A DNA stretch of 64,000 bases from an uncultured Candidatus Babeliaceae bacterium. Its GTDB lineage: Bacteria > Babelota > Babeliae > Babelales > Babelaceae. The stretch spans positions 32,001 through 96,000 of the forward strand of contig OY969927.1 of the NCBI GenBank assembly GCA_963704655.1, written 5' to 3'. A model generated the notes under the pieces. The model worked only from the letters and a program-made list of their open reading frames with translations, was not told where the DNA came from and did not search any database. Positions 19,653 to 28,462 of this stretch are shown here, piece after piece (positions within the stretch are counted from its first letter, which is position 1; the number at the start of each line of letters is the position of its first letter). Made by a program: the position numbers and the translations under genes.

Positions 19653-20051
19653 TTAAAGAACTTTATTGAGCTCGTGAATTGATTTGCCAAGCTGTTTATA
19701 GGCCAAAATTCCGGCAAATAGGGCAAATGTCCCTGCGATAATCTCGCGCCAGAAGACTCTAGGTACCTTGCTGAGCATTTGATTAACCGCCCAAAAGTGC
19801 TTTTCTGCAGGCGTCATGATAAATTCATACTCTAGGTTTTCTAATTCGAGCAAATAGTGTAAATACTCTTTTTTAAGTTCATAATAGCCATGGCCACAAT
19901 CGAGTAACGTTTCGCCGGCGCTATAGACTGCAACAGCAAGTAATGCTGAACCAATGGCGCCGTTTACTACCCCATTTTTTAGGTGATTATAAGAGACAGG
20001 GTGGGTATTTAAAGATACGCACGCTACAAGAGTTAAAACAATTTTTTTCAT
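19653..20051 (-). CDS. Secreted/membrane hypothetical protein
   Basis: MKK signal peptide, two hydrophobic segments; TAATG overlap with upstream gene. Confidence 0.75.
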   Translation of the reverse strand: MKKIVLTLVACVSLNTHPVSYNHLKNGVVNGAIGSALLAVAVYSAGETLLDCGHGYYELKKEYLHYLLELENLEYEFIMTPAEKHFWAVNQMLSKVPRVFWREIIAGTFALFAGILAYKQLGKSIHELNKVL

Positions 20052-20647
20052 TAATTTCGACCTCCTAATAAAGCTCGAATTTTAGGGTTTTGAGTTAGAT
20101 CTGAGGCTCTTCTGCCCCCGCCATCTCGAATTTCTGGGTCTATACCTGTTTCTAAAAGCAATTGTATAGTAATACGTGTTAGATTTTCATTTAGTGCTGC
20201 GGCATGAAGAAGGGTCCTGAGAGTTACTTGATTGCGAGCATTCTTAATAACGGCGTTAGGGAAATAGCTTATAAGTGCACGGGCTGGGGCGTCTTGAACT
20301 AAGTTGAAAAAATTTATAAGAAGATGCGCTGTTTCGTGAATATCTGTAAATCCTGAGTGTAAAATCAGTGCCTCTTCTAAGTTTATAGTGTCTATAGAAC
20401 CCGCAACATCACGATGAATTCCATTGGCTATATCAGCAGAAGTAAATCCAAATTGATAGTCCCAGGTTTGGGTAGGTTTTTCTAAGCCCCTTCTATAAGT
20501 GGGTTCAGAATTTGTGCCCTGAACAACAGTTAAATATTCTATAACTTTCACAAGACCTCTTGAGTGTTTAGAAATTGCATCTTCTGCAGCAGAAATTGAT
20601 AATGATATTAATGAAATTGTAAGACAAAGAAGATTTATTTTTTGCAT
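20051..20647 (-). CDS. Secreted ankyrin-repeat protein
   Basis: Signal peptide from MQKINLL; TLLHAAA...LLLETGIDPEIRDGGGRRASDL. Confidence 0.8.
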   Translation of the reverse strand: MQKINLLCLTISLISLSISAAEDAISKHSRGLVKVIEYLTVVQGTNSEPTYRRGLEKPTQTWDYQFGFTSADIANGIHRDVAGSIDTINLEEALILHSGFTDIHETAHLLINFFNLVQDAPARALISYFPNAVIKNARNQVTLRTLLHAAALNENLTRITIQLLLETGIDPEIRDGGGRRASDLTQNPKIRALLGGRN

Positions 20648-20757
20648 AAGCGATTCCTTAAAGATACTTAAAGAGCTTTTATAAGCCATTATAGAATAAT
20701 ATTTTTTGGTGAAATGATAAAGGAAGTTATAGAGAGATATCTTGTTAGGCTAAGAGA

Positions 20758-20810
20758 GGCCCGCCATCTGAAGTTTGCCGAGCGGGTACGCCCGGATAAA
20801 CGCAAGATGG
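20758..20810 (-). repeat. Family-B hairpin fused to tRNA-Arg CCA end
   Basis: tRNA sense CCATCT...AGATGG-CGGGCC. Confidence 0.8.
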
Positions 20811-20884
20811 TGCGCCCAGAAGGAGTCGAACCCTCAACCTTCAGATCCGTAGTCTGACGCTCTGTCCAATTGAGCTATGGGCGC
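20808..20884 (-). tRNA. tRNA-Arg(ACG)
   Basis: TCAGA-CT-ACG-GA-TCTGA, CCA end. Confidence 0.97.
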
Positions 20885-20950
20885 ATGATATTTAGAATAT
20901 ACATTTTATAAAAAATGTCTTTATTTTCAAAGTTATAAGCGAAATTTACT

Positions 20951-20991
20951 CCCTCGATACGTTCACTTACGTGAACACTCAGGGTGAGCGG
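20951..20991. repeat. Family-A repeat variant with expanded loop
   Basis: CCCTCGATAC-[GTTCAC..GTGAAC]-ACTCAGGGTGAGCGG. Confidence 0.7.
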
Positions 20992-21030
20992 GATGGACTG
21001 GCCGAGTCAGGCATCTCTTTCAGGAAGGAT

Positions 21031-21083
21031 GGCCTGCCATCTGAAGCTTGCCAAGCCAGTAGACGTGGATAAGCGAAAGATGG
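21031..21083 (-). repeat. Family-B hairpin fused to tRNA-Ser CCA end
   Basis: tRNA sense CCATCT...AGATGG-CAGGCC. Confidence 0.8.
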
Positions 21084-21171
21084 TGGAGAGAGAGGGATTC
21101 GAACCCTCGCGCCCCGTTACCGGAGCTCTTGCTTAGCAGGCAAGCGCTTTAGACCGCTCAGCCATCTCTCC
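21081..21171 (-). tRNA. tRNA-Ser(GCT)
   Basis: CTTGC-CT-GCT-AA-GCAAG, long variable arm, CCA. Confidence 0.97.
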
Positions 21172-21272
21172 TAACTGTATCAAAGATAATGAGTTATACT
21201 CATCATCGCAAAATAATTGTACAGTATTTTTTGGATTGAGTATATTCAAAAGCATAAAGATTTTAAGATTTT

Positions 21273-21575
21273 ATGCAAGTTGTTTTTATGTCAATTATTC
21301 TTGATATTAAGGTTATCCCACGCGCACGTAAGCAGTTATTGAAGGCCGATACTGTTTATGCTTTGCGTTGTTACGTGAATAGTCCTCCAGAAGACAATAA
21401 AGCAAATCAGGAGGTTATTGAGTGTCTTGCCAAGGCTCTTAAGGTCTCAAAAAGCTCGATAACTATTATAGCTGGCGCTACTGCGCGTATTAAGCGTGTT
21501 GCTATAGAAGGTTTTGATTCTAAAGAGGCTATCTATAAGAAATTGAATCTAGAGGTACAACATGCCCTATTTTAA
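21273..21575 (+). CDS. DUF167/YggU family protein
   Basis: KVIPRA, PPEDNKAN, AGATARIK motifs. Confidence 0.88.
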   Translation: MQVVFMSIILDIKVIPRARKQLLKADTVYALRCYVNSPPEDNKANQEVIECLAKALKVSKSSITIIAGATARIKRVAIEGFDSKEAIYKKLNLEVQHALF

Positions 21576-22755
21576 ATGGTTCGGGTATGATGCCCAGCAG
21601 AACCCGCATATGGGCAATATCGCCTGTGCACAGCACATTGATGTAGTTATGCTTCTGCAAGAGCGCGGTATCACAGCTATGCATGTGAGTGAGATTCGGT
21701 ATAGGCTTTTTAAGCCCTGTACCTTTTCTGAGCGCCAAGCTGTTCTACACGAATTGAGCCAATTGCTTGATGCCCAGGTGCGTCTTTCTCAGGCGCTGGA
21801 GATTATAAGTTCATTAGTAAAAAAAGAGTATATTCGACAGGTCCTGCTTGATTGCACACGTTCTGTTGATCAGGGAAAGTCATTTGCGGATGTTGCAGAG
21901 CGTTACCCAGAGATTTTTGATCCATTAACGATTTACGCGCTTAAAGCGGGGCATGATTCTGGGCTTTTGGCCAATGCATGTTCTGACCGTTCTAAGCAAC
22001 TAACGCAAATTGCTGAAATACGTGCAAAAATAACTGCTGTCATTGCTATGCCTTTAATAACCGCTATATTTTTTATAGGGATACTTATATTTTTAATGGC
22101 CGTAATTTTGCCGCAGTTTAAAAGAATATTTACGATGCTCAAAACAGCACTTCCTGCAAGTACTCAGTTTTTGTTCAAGCTTTCAGATGCTCTTACTTTT
22201 TCTACTATAGTAATTGCAGGGTCTTCTTTTTTTATGTGCACGCTCCTTTGTGTAGCTCTGGGTAAAACTAGAATTGGCAGAAAAATTTATGATAATTTTT
22301 TATTATATTTTCCTGGAGTAAGCTTCATTTATCAAGATTTCGCTCGTGCGCAGTGCCTGCAATCACTTGCTCTTTTGCTGCGGTCTGGCAGAACACTTGC
22401 TGATGCATTGGGGCATGTGGCAGAAAGTTTTAATAATAGTGTTGTTTGCGAGCAGCTGACGCATGTTCGCCAACAGGTGCAGACGGGTAAGCCCTTTACG
22501 CATGCTATACAGGCATGTCCGCTACTTGCTATTCCTGAAATTAAAAACTGTCTTGCCATTGCGCATGAAACAGCTGAGCTTGAGGTGATTTTGCAGCAGT
22601 TGAGTATTGTTTCACGTACTCGAGCTTTAAAAAAGCTTGATCGTTTAACGCTCTTAATTCAGCCCGCGTTACTTATACTTTTGGGTGCTGCTATTGGAGG
22701 TGTGCTTTTGGCGCTTTACTTACCATTGTTACAAATACCGCAGATGGTATCATAA
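21562..22755 (+). CDS. Type II secretion/type IV pilus platform protein (GspF/PilC family)
   Basis: Two T2SSF-like domains, three TM, C-terminal LIQP...ALYLP. Confidence 0.88.
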   Translation: MPYFKWFGYDAQQNPHMGNIACAQHIDVVMLLQERGITAMHVSEIRYRLFKPCTFSERQAVLHELSQLLDAQVRLSQALEIISSLVKKEYIRQVLLDCTRSVDQGKSFADVAERYPEIFDPLTIYALKAGHDSGLLANACSDRSKQLTQIAEIRAKITAVIAMPLITAIFFIGILIFLMAVILPQFKRIFTMLKTALPASTQFLFKLSDALTFSTIVIAGSSFFMCTLLCVALGKTRIGRKIYDNFLLYFPGVSFIYQDFARAQCLQSLALLLRSGRTLADALGHVAESFNNSVVCEQLTHVRQQVQTGKPFTHAIQACPLLAIPEIKNCLAIAHETAELEVILQQLSIVSRTRALKKLDRLTLLIQPALLILLGAAIGGVLLALYLPLLQIPQMVS

Positions 22756-22811
22756 AATACGAAAAAAAACTGTTCAAAATTATCGATTTTGGTATACTAT
22801 AAAGACATTTC

Positions 22812-22901
22812 TTAATAAGCCGGAGTGGCCCTTCGACTGGCGCTCAGGATGAACTTCACCACTTAAGGTGAAGAAAGTTTATATTAATAAGCCGGAGTGG
22901 C
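22812..22901 (+). repeat. 18-bp direct repeat TTAATAAGCCGGAGTGGC (22812-22829, 22884-22901) flanking a family-A repeat
   Basis: Direct repeat includes first 11 nt of tRNA-Leu; family-A copy at 22829-22854. Confidence 0.85.
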
Positions 22902-22976
22902 GAAATGGTAGACGCACGGGACTCAAAATCCCGCGGTGGCAACACTGTGTCGGTTCGAGTCCGACCTCCGGCACCA
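22891..22976 (+). tRNA. tRNA-Leu(CAA)
   Basis: CGGGA-CT-CAA-AA-TCCCG, variable arm, CCA. Confidence 0.97.
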
Positions 22977-23041
22977 TCCTGCGCTCCAGTGGCAAGCCCG
23001 CCATAGCCTTGGCGACGGCTGTGAGCTCCGGATGGCAGGCC
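22974..23041 (+). repeat. Family-B hairpin fused to tRNA-Leu CCA end, with nested GCCATAGCCTTGGCGACGGC
   Basis: CCATCC...GGATGG-CAGGCC. Confidence 0.8.
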
Positions 23042-23054
23042 AGTCTTTAATAAT

Positions 23055-23939
23055 TTATTTTAATTTTTCTTGTAAAAACTTTGGCAATACAAAACTTGCA
23101 GCATGTATCTCTGCCGTATAATAGTGCAAATTTTGTGGTACGGCTCGATTATGGGTGAATGCTGTAACGTGTGGATATTTTTTTGCGCAATAAGTAAAGC
23201 CAATAACACCGCTTGGATATGTTGGCACTAAAGCGTAATAATATGCTGCGTGAGTAAAAAGCTCTTTATTGCGAGTGTGCCATTCTTTGATAAGATCGGT
23301 ATGAAAAAAGGGGGATTCTGCTTGGGCAACAATAATGCCATCATCAGTAAGCGCGTCATATAAGTCTTGATAAAATTCGCGTGAATATAATACGCATGCA
23401 GGCCCTTCTGGGTCAGAGGCGTCAACAAGTATAACATCAAAATAGTCGGTAAAGTTTTTAATAAATTCTGCACCATCACGAATAATCACGGTAACACGTG
23501 GGTCAGAAAAGCTTTCGGCAAATTCAGGGAAGTACTTTTGTGATAATTTCACTACATACTCATCGATATCACACAGCACTATTTCTGTGATATTAGAATG
23601 TTTAAGAACCTCAGTAAGTGCGCCACCATCACCACCGCCAATAATAAGTACCCGTTTTGGGTTTGGATGTGTCATCAGCGGCACATGGGCTATCATTTCA
23701 TGGTAGGCAGAATTATCCCATTGCGTAAGTTGAATCGCGTCATCAAGAACAAGCATGGTGCCGCACTGGGCTGTTTGATAAATATCAAGTTTTTCAAAGG
23801 GCGATTGTATTGATTCAACATGGCCCGTTATCTCTACGCCTATTTTAACTGGGTAGCTATTGTTTTGTTCAAAAAAGAATTTTTTTTCTTGAATCGCTGA
23901 AAGTTCAGAGAATATACAGCTTAGCGCTATTAAAAACAT
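23055..23939 (-). CDS. speE: Spermidine synthase with hydrophobic N-terminal extension
   Basis: LVLDDAIQ, YHEMIAH, VLIIGGGDGG, DVILVDASDP, PTYPSG. Confidence 0.95.
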   Translation of the reverse strand: MFLIALSCIFSELSAIQEKKFFFEQNNSYPVKIGVEITGHVESIQSPFEKLDIYQTAQCGTMLVLDDAIQLTQWDNSAYHEMIAHVPLMTHPNPKRVLIIGGGDGGALTEVLKHSNITEIVLCDIDEYVVKLSQKYFPEFAESFSDPRVTVIIRDGAEFIKNFTDYFDVILVDASDPEGPACVLYSREFYQDLYDALTDDGIIVAQAESPFFHTDLIKEWHTRNKELFTHAAYYYALVPTYPSGVIGFTYCAKKYPHVTAFTHNRAVPQNLHYYTAEIHAASFVLPKFLQEKLK

Positions 23940-24056
23940 GAGGTGCCCTTTTATGTGTTTAGATCATAAGATACGTAAGTGTAGTATAAATCTATACCGT
24001 TGTCATGGGTGATTTGGGTATACTGATATCAGGGAATATTTTTTTTAGGGGATGCT

Positions 24057-24962
24057 ATGAGTATAAAAAAAAATAATTATGGTACATGGTTAATGGTTGC
24101 AGCAAGTGTAATAATTGTTATTTCTTTTTCTAGCGCAATCTATATAGAAAAAATTTTTAGTAAGCGCATAAAGTATAAAAAAATTGATTTTATTCTTTCT
24201 GAACGAAAGAAAATGGTAGAAGAATATGGCGCACAAGCAATAACACTAACAACTGGTGATAACAAAAAAATTGCCGCTTTATATGTTAAACGGCCTGGCG
24301 CACAGAAGATTTTTCTGATTTGTCATGGTTTTAAGCATTCAAAAGAGTATATGGCAGGGTTTTTAGAACTTTTTCCTCAAGATAGTCTGTTTTTTATAGA
24401 CTTTAGAGGGCATGGTCAGAGTGAAGGTGACCGTGTATCTTTAGGGCTTAATGAGTATTTTGATGTGGTCAGCGCAGTTGATTATATTAAGAAAAACTTA
24501 TCCTCAACATTGCCACTTTTTGGTCTTGGTATTTCAATGGGTGGGTCTGCCGTATTACGTGCAGCAGCAGCCGGCACCCCTTTTGATGGCATTATCTCAG
24601 ATTCTGCGCCAAGCTCTTTTAAAGACACCATTATGTGTATTTTGCAAAAAACGCGAAACGTTCCATATCCTATTGGTTGGTTAGCCTTAACGTGGTATGA
24701 GCTTATTATGGAAAGATCATTATCAGGAAGCTGCTATAAAAATTACGCGCATTTAATCTCTTGCCCCGTTTTAATTATGCATGATGAGTTTGACCATCTT
24801 ATAGATTATCGACATGCCCAAAACCTTTTTGACTCTTTGGGTAGTAAGTGCAAACTCCTGTGGAATGTTACCGGAACGCGTCATGGTAAGATGTTTAAAC
24901 AGATCCCTAGCGAGTACAAAAAGATGATTGAGGGCTTTATTGATGCCTGTTCTGCAAGATGA
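24057..24962 (+). CDS. Membrane-anchored alpha/beta hydrolase
   Basis: HG, DFRGHGQSEG, GISMGG nucleophile, D and H of triad. Confidence 0.9.
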   Translation: MSIKKNNYGTWLMVAASVIIVISFSSAIYIEKIFSKRIKYKKIDFILSERKKMVEEYGAQAITLTTGDNKKIAALYVKRPGAQKIFLICHGFKHSKEYMAGFLELFPQDSLFFIDFRGHGQSEGDRVSLGLNEYFDVVSAVDYIKKNLSSTLPLFGLGISMGGSAVLRAAAAGTPFDGIISDSAPSSFKDTIMCILQKTRNVPYPIGWLALTWYELIMERSLSGSCYKNYAHLISCPVLIMHDEFDHLIDYRHAQNLFDSLGSKCKLLWNVTGTRHGKMFKQIPSEYKKMIEGFIDACSAR

Positions 24963-25008
24963 TTGTGATTATTACGTAGTTTGATAAACTAAAATTGACT
25001 TCAATATC

Positions 25009-25064
25009 CCGTGCACCCTGAGTGTTCTACAAGCATTAACGTAGTAGAATGTATCGAAGGGTGA
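25009..25064. repeat. Family-A repeat variant with expanded loop
   Basis: CACCCTGAGTG-TTCTAC...GTAGAA-TGTATCGAAGGGTG. Confidence 0.7.
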
Positions 25065-25108
25065 AGAGTAGATTTAAGTGGGTTTGACTATGTTAGGATT
25101 ATCAATAT

Positions 25109-25441
25109 ATGGAATGCGTTTTTTGCAAAATTATTCATGGTGAAATGGCAACTAAAAAGATTGCTGAAAATGATACTCTTATCGTGATTCAGGATATTTT
25201 CCCTAAGGCGCCTATTCACTATCTCATTATTCCAAAAAAACATACACAGGATGTCCAAACCCTTGCGCAACAAGATTTGGGTGTTGCTACTGATATCTTT
25301 GCTATGGCGCAGCAGTTAAGTCAAACAGTTGAAGGCGCACATGACTTTAAATTGCATGTGAACAGCGGCAAAAATGCTGGGCAGATTGTTATGCATCTGC
25401 ATGTACATTTTACTGCAGGAAAACTGACCGGGATATTATAG
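25109..25441 (+). CDS. HIT family nucleotide-binding protein (HinT-like)
   Basis: CVFC, PKAPIHYLIIPKKH, GQIVMHLHVH. Confidence 0.93.
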   Translation: MECVFCKIIHGEMATKKIAENDTLIVIQDIFPKAPIHYLIIPKKHTQDVQTLAQQDLGVATDIFAMAQQLSQTVEGAHDFKLHVNSGKNAGQIVMHLHVHFTAGKLTGIL

Positions 25442-25444
25442 CCC

Positions 25445-25523
25445 GTGTCATCCCGGACTGGATCCGGGATCTTATACGTTAACAAAGAGACCCTAAAGAC
25501 CCGCTCAGGATAAACTCCGTCGA
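25445..25523. repeat. Palindrome GTCATCCCGGACTGGATCCGGGATC plus degenerate family-A copy
   Basis: ATCCCGGA/TCCGGGAT hairpin; GCTCAGGATAAACTCCGTCGAA nearly matches reverse complement of 2794-2815. Confidence 0.65.
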
Positions 25524-25572
25524 ATCCATGCGGGCGCAGCAAGTTGGCGAAATAATAAAATTGATAAATGTA

Positions 25573-25659
25573 GCCGAGGTGGCGAAATTGGCAGACGCGC
25601 AGGTCTCAGAAGCCTGAGGTGGAAACACTGTGCCGGTTCGAGTCCGGTCCTCGGCACCA
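25573..25659 (+). tRNA. tRNA-Leu(CAG)
   Basis: CAGGT-CT-CAG-AA-GCCTG, variable arm, CCA. Confidence 0.97.
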
Positions 25660-25772
25660 TCCTATTTTATCTGCATTTAACGAAAAAAAACTATCGCTTA
25701 TTTTTATATGGAATATTTAAAAAATAAACGATAGTTTTCAATAAATGACAATCATCTTTAAAAGATTACAAG

Positions 25773-26252
25773 TTATTGAGGTCTTGAAAAAATCTCTTCC
25801 TTTTTTTGTTCAAATGGTCGAGCATCGTAAAAGAGTTCATAGCCTATAATGAGATCATTCTTGAATGTCAGAAGAACGGCGCCTCGAACAATCCCGAAGG
25901 GTGTGGGGCAGTCCAAATCATAGGCTAACATTACTTGGTCCCCTGAACCACATGCTGCTCGTACGGTAAGAGTTTTAAAAATGGTCATAAACCCCTTGAC
26001 AGCTTTAAGGACAGATTCTTTTCCTGCCATCTCTGCCAATGGTCCGACAAAGTGAACCTGTGGATCTAGATATTTTTCTACCTCAACTAAATTTTTATTA
26101 CCTATTGCTTGATAATAAGCCTTTGCAGAAATTATATTTTTCTCTGTCATAGAAGAGACCTCATGCTTTTGGGTTTTTAAATTCATAGTTATAAGTAAAT
26201 ATAGGAATATGCATGACAATGTTATCATGATAAAAAGGTTAACGTATTTCAT
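25773..26252 (-). CDS. SnoaL/NTF2-like protein with N-terminal hydrophobic segment
   Basis: YYQAIGNKNL, LDPQVHFVGP, ELFYDARPF. Confidence 0.8.
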   Translation of the reverse strand: MKYVNLFIMITLSCIFLYLLITMNLKTQKHEVSSMTEKNIISAKAYYQAIGNKNLVEVEKYLDPQVHFVGPLAEMAGKESVLKAVKGFMTIFKTLTVRAACGSGDQVMLAYDLDCPTPFGIVRGAVLLTFKNDLIIGYELFYDARPFEQKKEEIFSRPQ

Positions 26253-26292
26253 AAATTTACCTCTAGCGTTTTAAGGTTTTTTCCTGTAATAT

Positions 26293-26349
26293 ATTAATTA
26301 TAGTATTCTATATTGAATATATAATTAAATGTAGCATGCTATATCCAAT
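26293..26349. promoter_or_regulatory. Two tandem quasi-palindromic 26-bp boxes, putative TetR operators
   Basis: ATTAATTATAGTATTCTATATTGAAT and ATTAAATGTAGCATGCTATATCCAAT (20/26 identical) between divergent genes. Confidence 0.6.
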
Positions 26350-26381
26350 GTGTCAAGTTTGCCAGAAGGGACGAAGTATTA

Positions 26382-27014
26382 ATGCCAAAAAGAGCCTATA
26401 ATTCAGAGAAGCGACAGGCGCGAGCTCAAAAAGGAAAAGAGAGAATTTTAGCTTCAGCAAAGGAACTTTTTGAATCTAAAGGATTTGAGAATGTAACCAT
26501 CGAGGAAATAGCGATGAGGGCAGAAGTATCTGCACCTACCGTTTACTCTATTTTTCAATCAAAAAGCGGCGTTTTAAGGGCTTTAATCGACGTTGCGATT
26601 CCTCCTGAGCAACATGAATCGATCGTTCAAAAAATTGAAATGGAAAAATCTGTATCTAAGCGTCTTGAGCTAACTGCTATGCTTTCGCGTCAAATTTATG
26701 ATGCCGAGAAGGCGCAATTTGGATTATTTCGTGATGCATCAATTTTAAATCCAGAATTCAAGAAGCAAGAAATTGAACGAGAAAGAAGACGCTATAAACG
26801 GCAGGAAGGGTCTTTCAAAAGATTAGCTAAAAAACAAGCACCATCAGAAGGTCTAGATGCACCAAAGGCGAGAGATATTCTATGGGCATTGACAGGTAGA
26901 GATATTTACAGAATGCTCGTAATTGAGCGAGGTTGGTCCTCTGATGAGTATGAAAAATGGCTGGGACATGTACTAGTACAGATTTTACTTAAGTCGAAAA
27001 ATACTGAACATTAG
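26382..27014 (+). CDS. TetR/AcrR family transcriptional regulator
   Basis: ILASAKELFESKGFENVTIEEIAMRAEVSAPTVYSIFQSK HTH. Confidence 0.95.
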   Translation: MPKRAYNSEKRQARAQKGKERILASAKELFESKGFENVTIEEIAMRAEVSAPTVYSIFQSKSGVLRALIDVAIPPEQHESIVQKIEMEKSVSKRLELTAMLSRQIYDAEKAQFGLFRDASILNPEFKKQEIERERRRYKRQEGSFKRLAKKQAPSEGLDAPKARDILWALTGRDIYRMLVIERGWSSDEYEKWLGHVLVQILLKSKNTEH

Positions 27015-27040
27015 GGAAAATTAAATAGTTGAGGTAAATT

Positions 27041-27475
27041 ATGAACTATGAAGAAATATCAAAAGATGTAGTGTCAAGCTTGTACAAAAGCTATGATGAC
27101 TTAAAAGCATCCCCATTAGATCAAAGCTTACGCATTCTAATTGAATTACGCGTATCACAATTAAATGGGTGTACCTATTGTTGCACGCTACATACCCAAG
27201 AGGCTGAAAAATCTGGCATAGAATTCTCAAAAATAAAAAATTTACCACAATGGAAAACATCGGATCTTTTTTCAGCAGCAGAAAAAGCTGCATTGGCGTG
27301 GAGCGAATCATTAACAAAACTCGACAAATGCCATGCTCCTATAAAAGAAGAGCTACACTTATATTTTAGCGAACGTGAAATAGTTGATATGACATTAAGT
27401 ATTTCAATTATGAACGCATTCAATAGAATGGAGATTAGTCTAAAAAATAGTAAACCCTGCACAATTAATTCTTAA
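27041..27475 (+). CDS. AhpD/carboxymuconolactone decarboxylase family protein
   Basis: LRVSQLNGCTYC..H, EKAALAWSESLT, NAFNR. Confidence 0.92.
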   Translation: MNYEEISKDVVSSLYKSYDDLKASPLDQSLRILIELRVSQLNGCTYCCTLHTQEAEKSGIEFSKIKNLPQWKTSDLFSAAEKAALAWSESLTKLDKCHAPIKEELHLYFSEREIVDMTLSISIMNAFNRMEISLKNSKPCTINS

Positions 27476-27571
27476 CCGCGCTTATCCGGGCAGGGTCTGC
27501 TTGCATTATCAAAATATTTTTTCTATAGTATCCACGTTTTAACTTAAATATTTTTACAGATAAGGGTTCTT

Positions 27572-27937
27572 ATGAACAAAAAAGTGTTGGTTGTACTCCT
27601 GTTGCTTGGTAACTTTTCTCTTATTAAGGCCATGGGAAATGAAAGTACATCAAATGGACAAGCGGGATTAGGATTGCCGCGTGTTATTAATGAGCAGCCT
27701 GTTAATGATAAAAATATAGTGAGGTACGTCTTTGATGAAGCTAGCAATATGTTAGATTGTAATGTTTTTACTGCTTTATTCACTGGTGGATCTTCTGTTT
27801 TGGCTGCCAGATATATTGTGAATGAGGATCCTACTGATACGTGTGCTTTGGCCACAATAGGGTGTTCAGTTCCTGTGCTTGTATGGTCGATGCGTAATAT
27901 CTATAATATCCTTAATGATAAAGATAAGCGGGATTAG
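27572..27937 (+). CDS. Secreted hypothetical protein
   Basis: Signal peptide ending IKA-M, two hydrophobic segments. Confidence 0.7.
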   Translation: MNKKVLVVLLLLGNFSLIKAMGNESTSNGQAGLGLPRVINEQPVNDKNIVRYVFDEASNMLDCNVFTALFTGGSSVLAARYIVNEDPTDTCALATIGCSVPVLVWSMRNIYNILNDKDKRD

Positions 27938-28126
27938 TTTTTAGATTTGTTAAAATTGGAGCAGATTTTTGTGATAAATTATTTGTTATCAATAATCTGC
28001 TCTAAAATAGTTATTTAGCGGTCAAGATAGAATATTTCTTCTGCTTCTTTTTTCTCTTGAAACTCAGAAAATAATTTTTTATAGTAACAAAGATTAATTT
28101 TTTGATCTTAACAAAGTGTCTTTTTT

Positions 28127-28462
28127 ATGAAAAAAATTACTATTATTTTTTACTTAATGGCTTTTAGCTCATGTTATGCAAATGACAAAGACGAACTTAT
28201 TTCTTCTACGAGTAATGAAGAGCGTCGTCAATTATTCGTGGAACAATGTTTAAGAGCTCGTGATTGTTGCGTAGGTTGCATGAGCACGCTTGGGAGTTAT
28301 TGGGCTGCAAACTCTGCGAATTCTGCCGCGCAGAATGATCGGTCAATGTTTGCGGCGGGCTCTGTTGTTTTTGCAGTTATTTCTGGCGTGATGATAAATA
28401 GAATTAATAGCAGAAATGAAGCAATTGCACGTCTAAAGGGAAAGAAAGAAAAGACTGAGTAA
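28127..28462 (+). CDS. Secreted hypothetical protein
   Basis: MKK signal peptide, hydrophobic hairpin, basic tail. Confidence 0.7.
   Translation: MKKITIIFYLMAFSSCYANDKDELISSTSNEERRQLFVEQCLRARDCCVGCMSTLGSYWAANSANSAAQNDRSMFAAGSVVFAVISGVMINRINSRNEAIARLKGKKEKTE

Noticed and set aside
21562-22755. Complete type II secretion or pilus locus
   Set aside because: Only the GspF/PilC gene is present in the window
19344-23121. Small ORFs 19344-19571, 22868-23050 and 22936-23121
   Set aside because: Overlap tRNA genes
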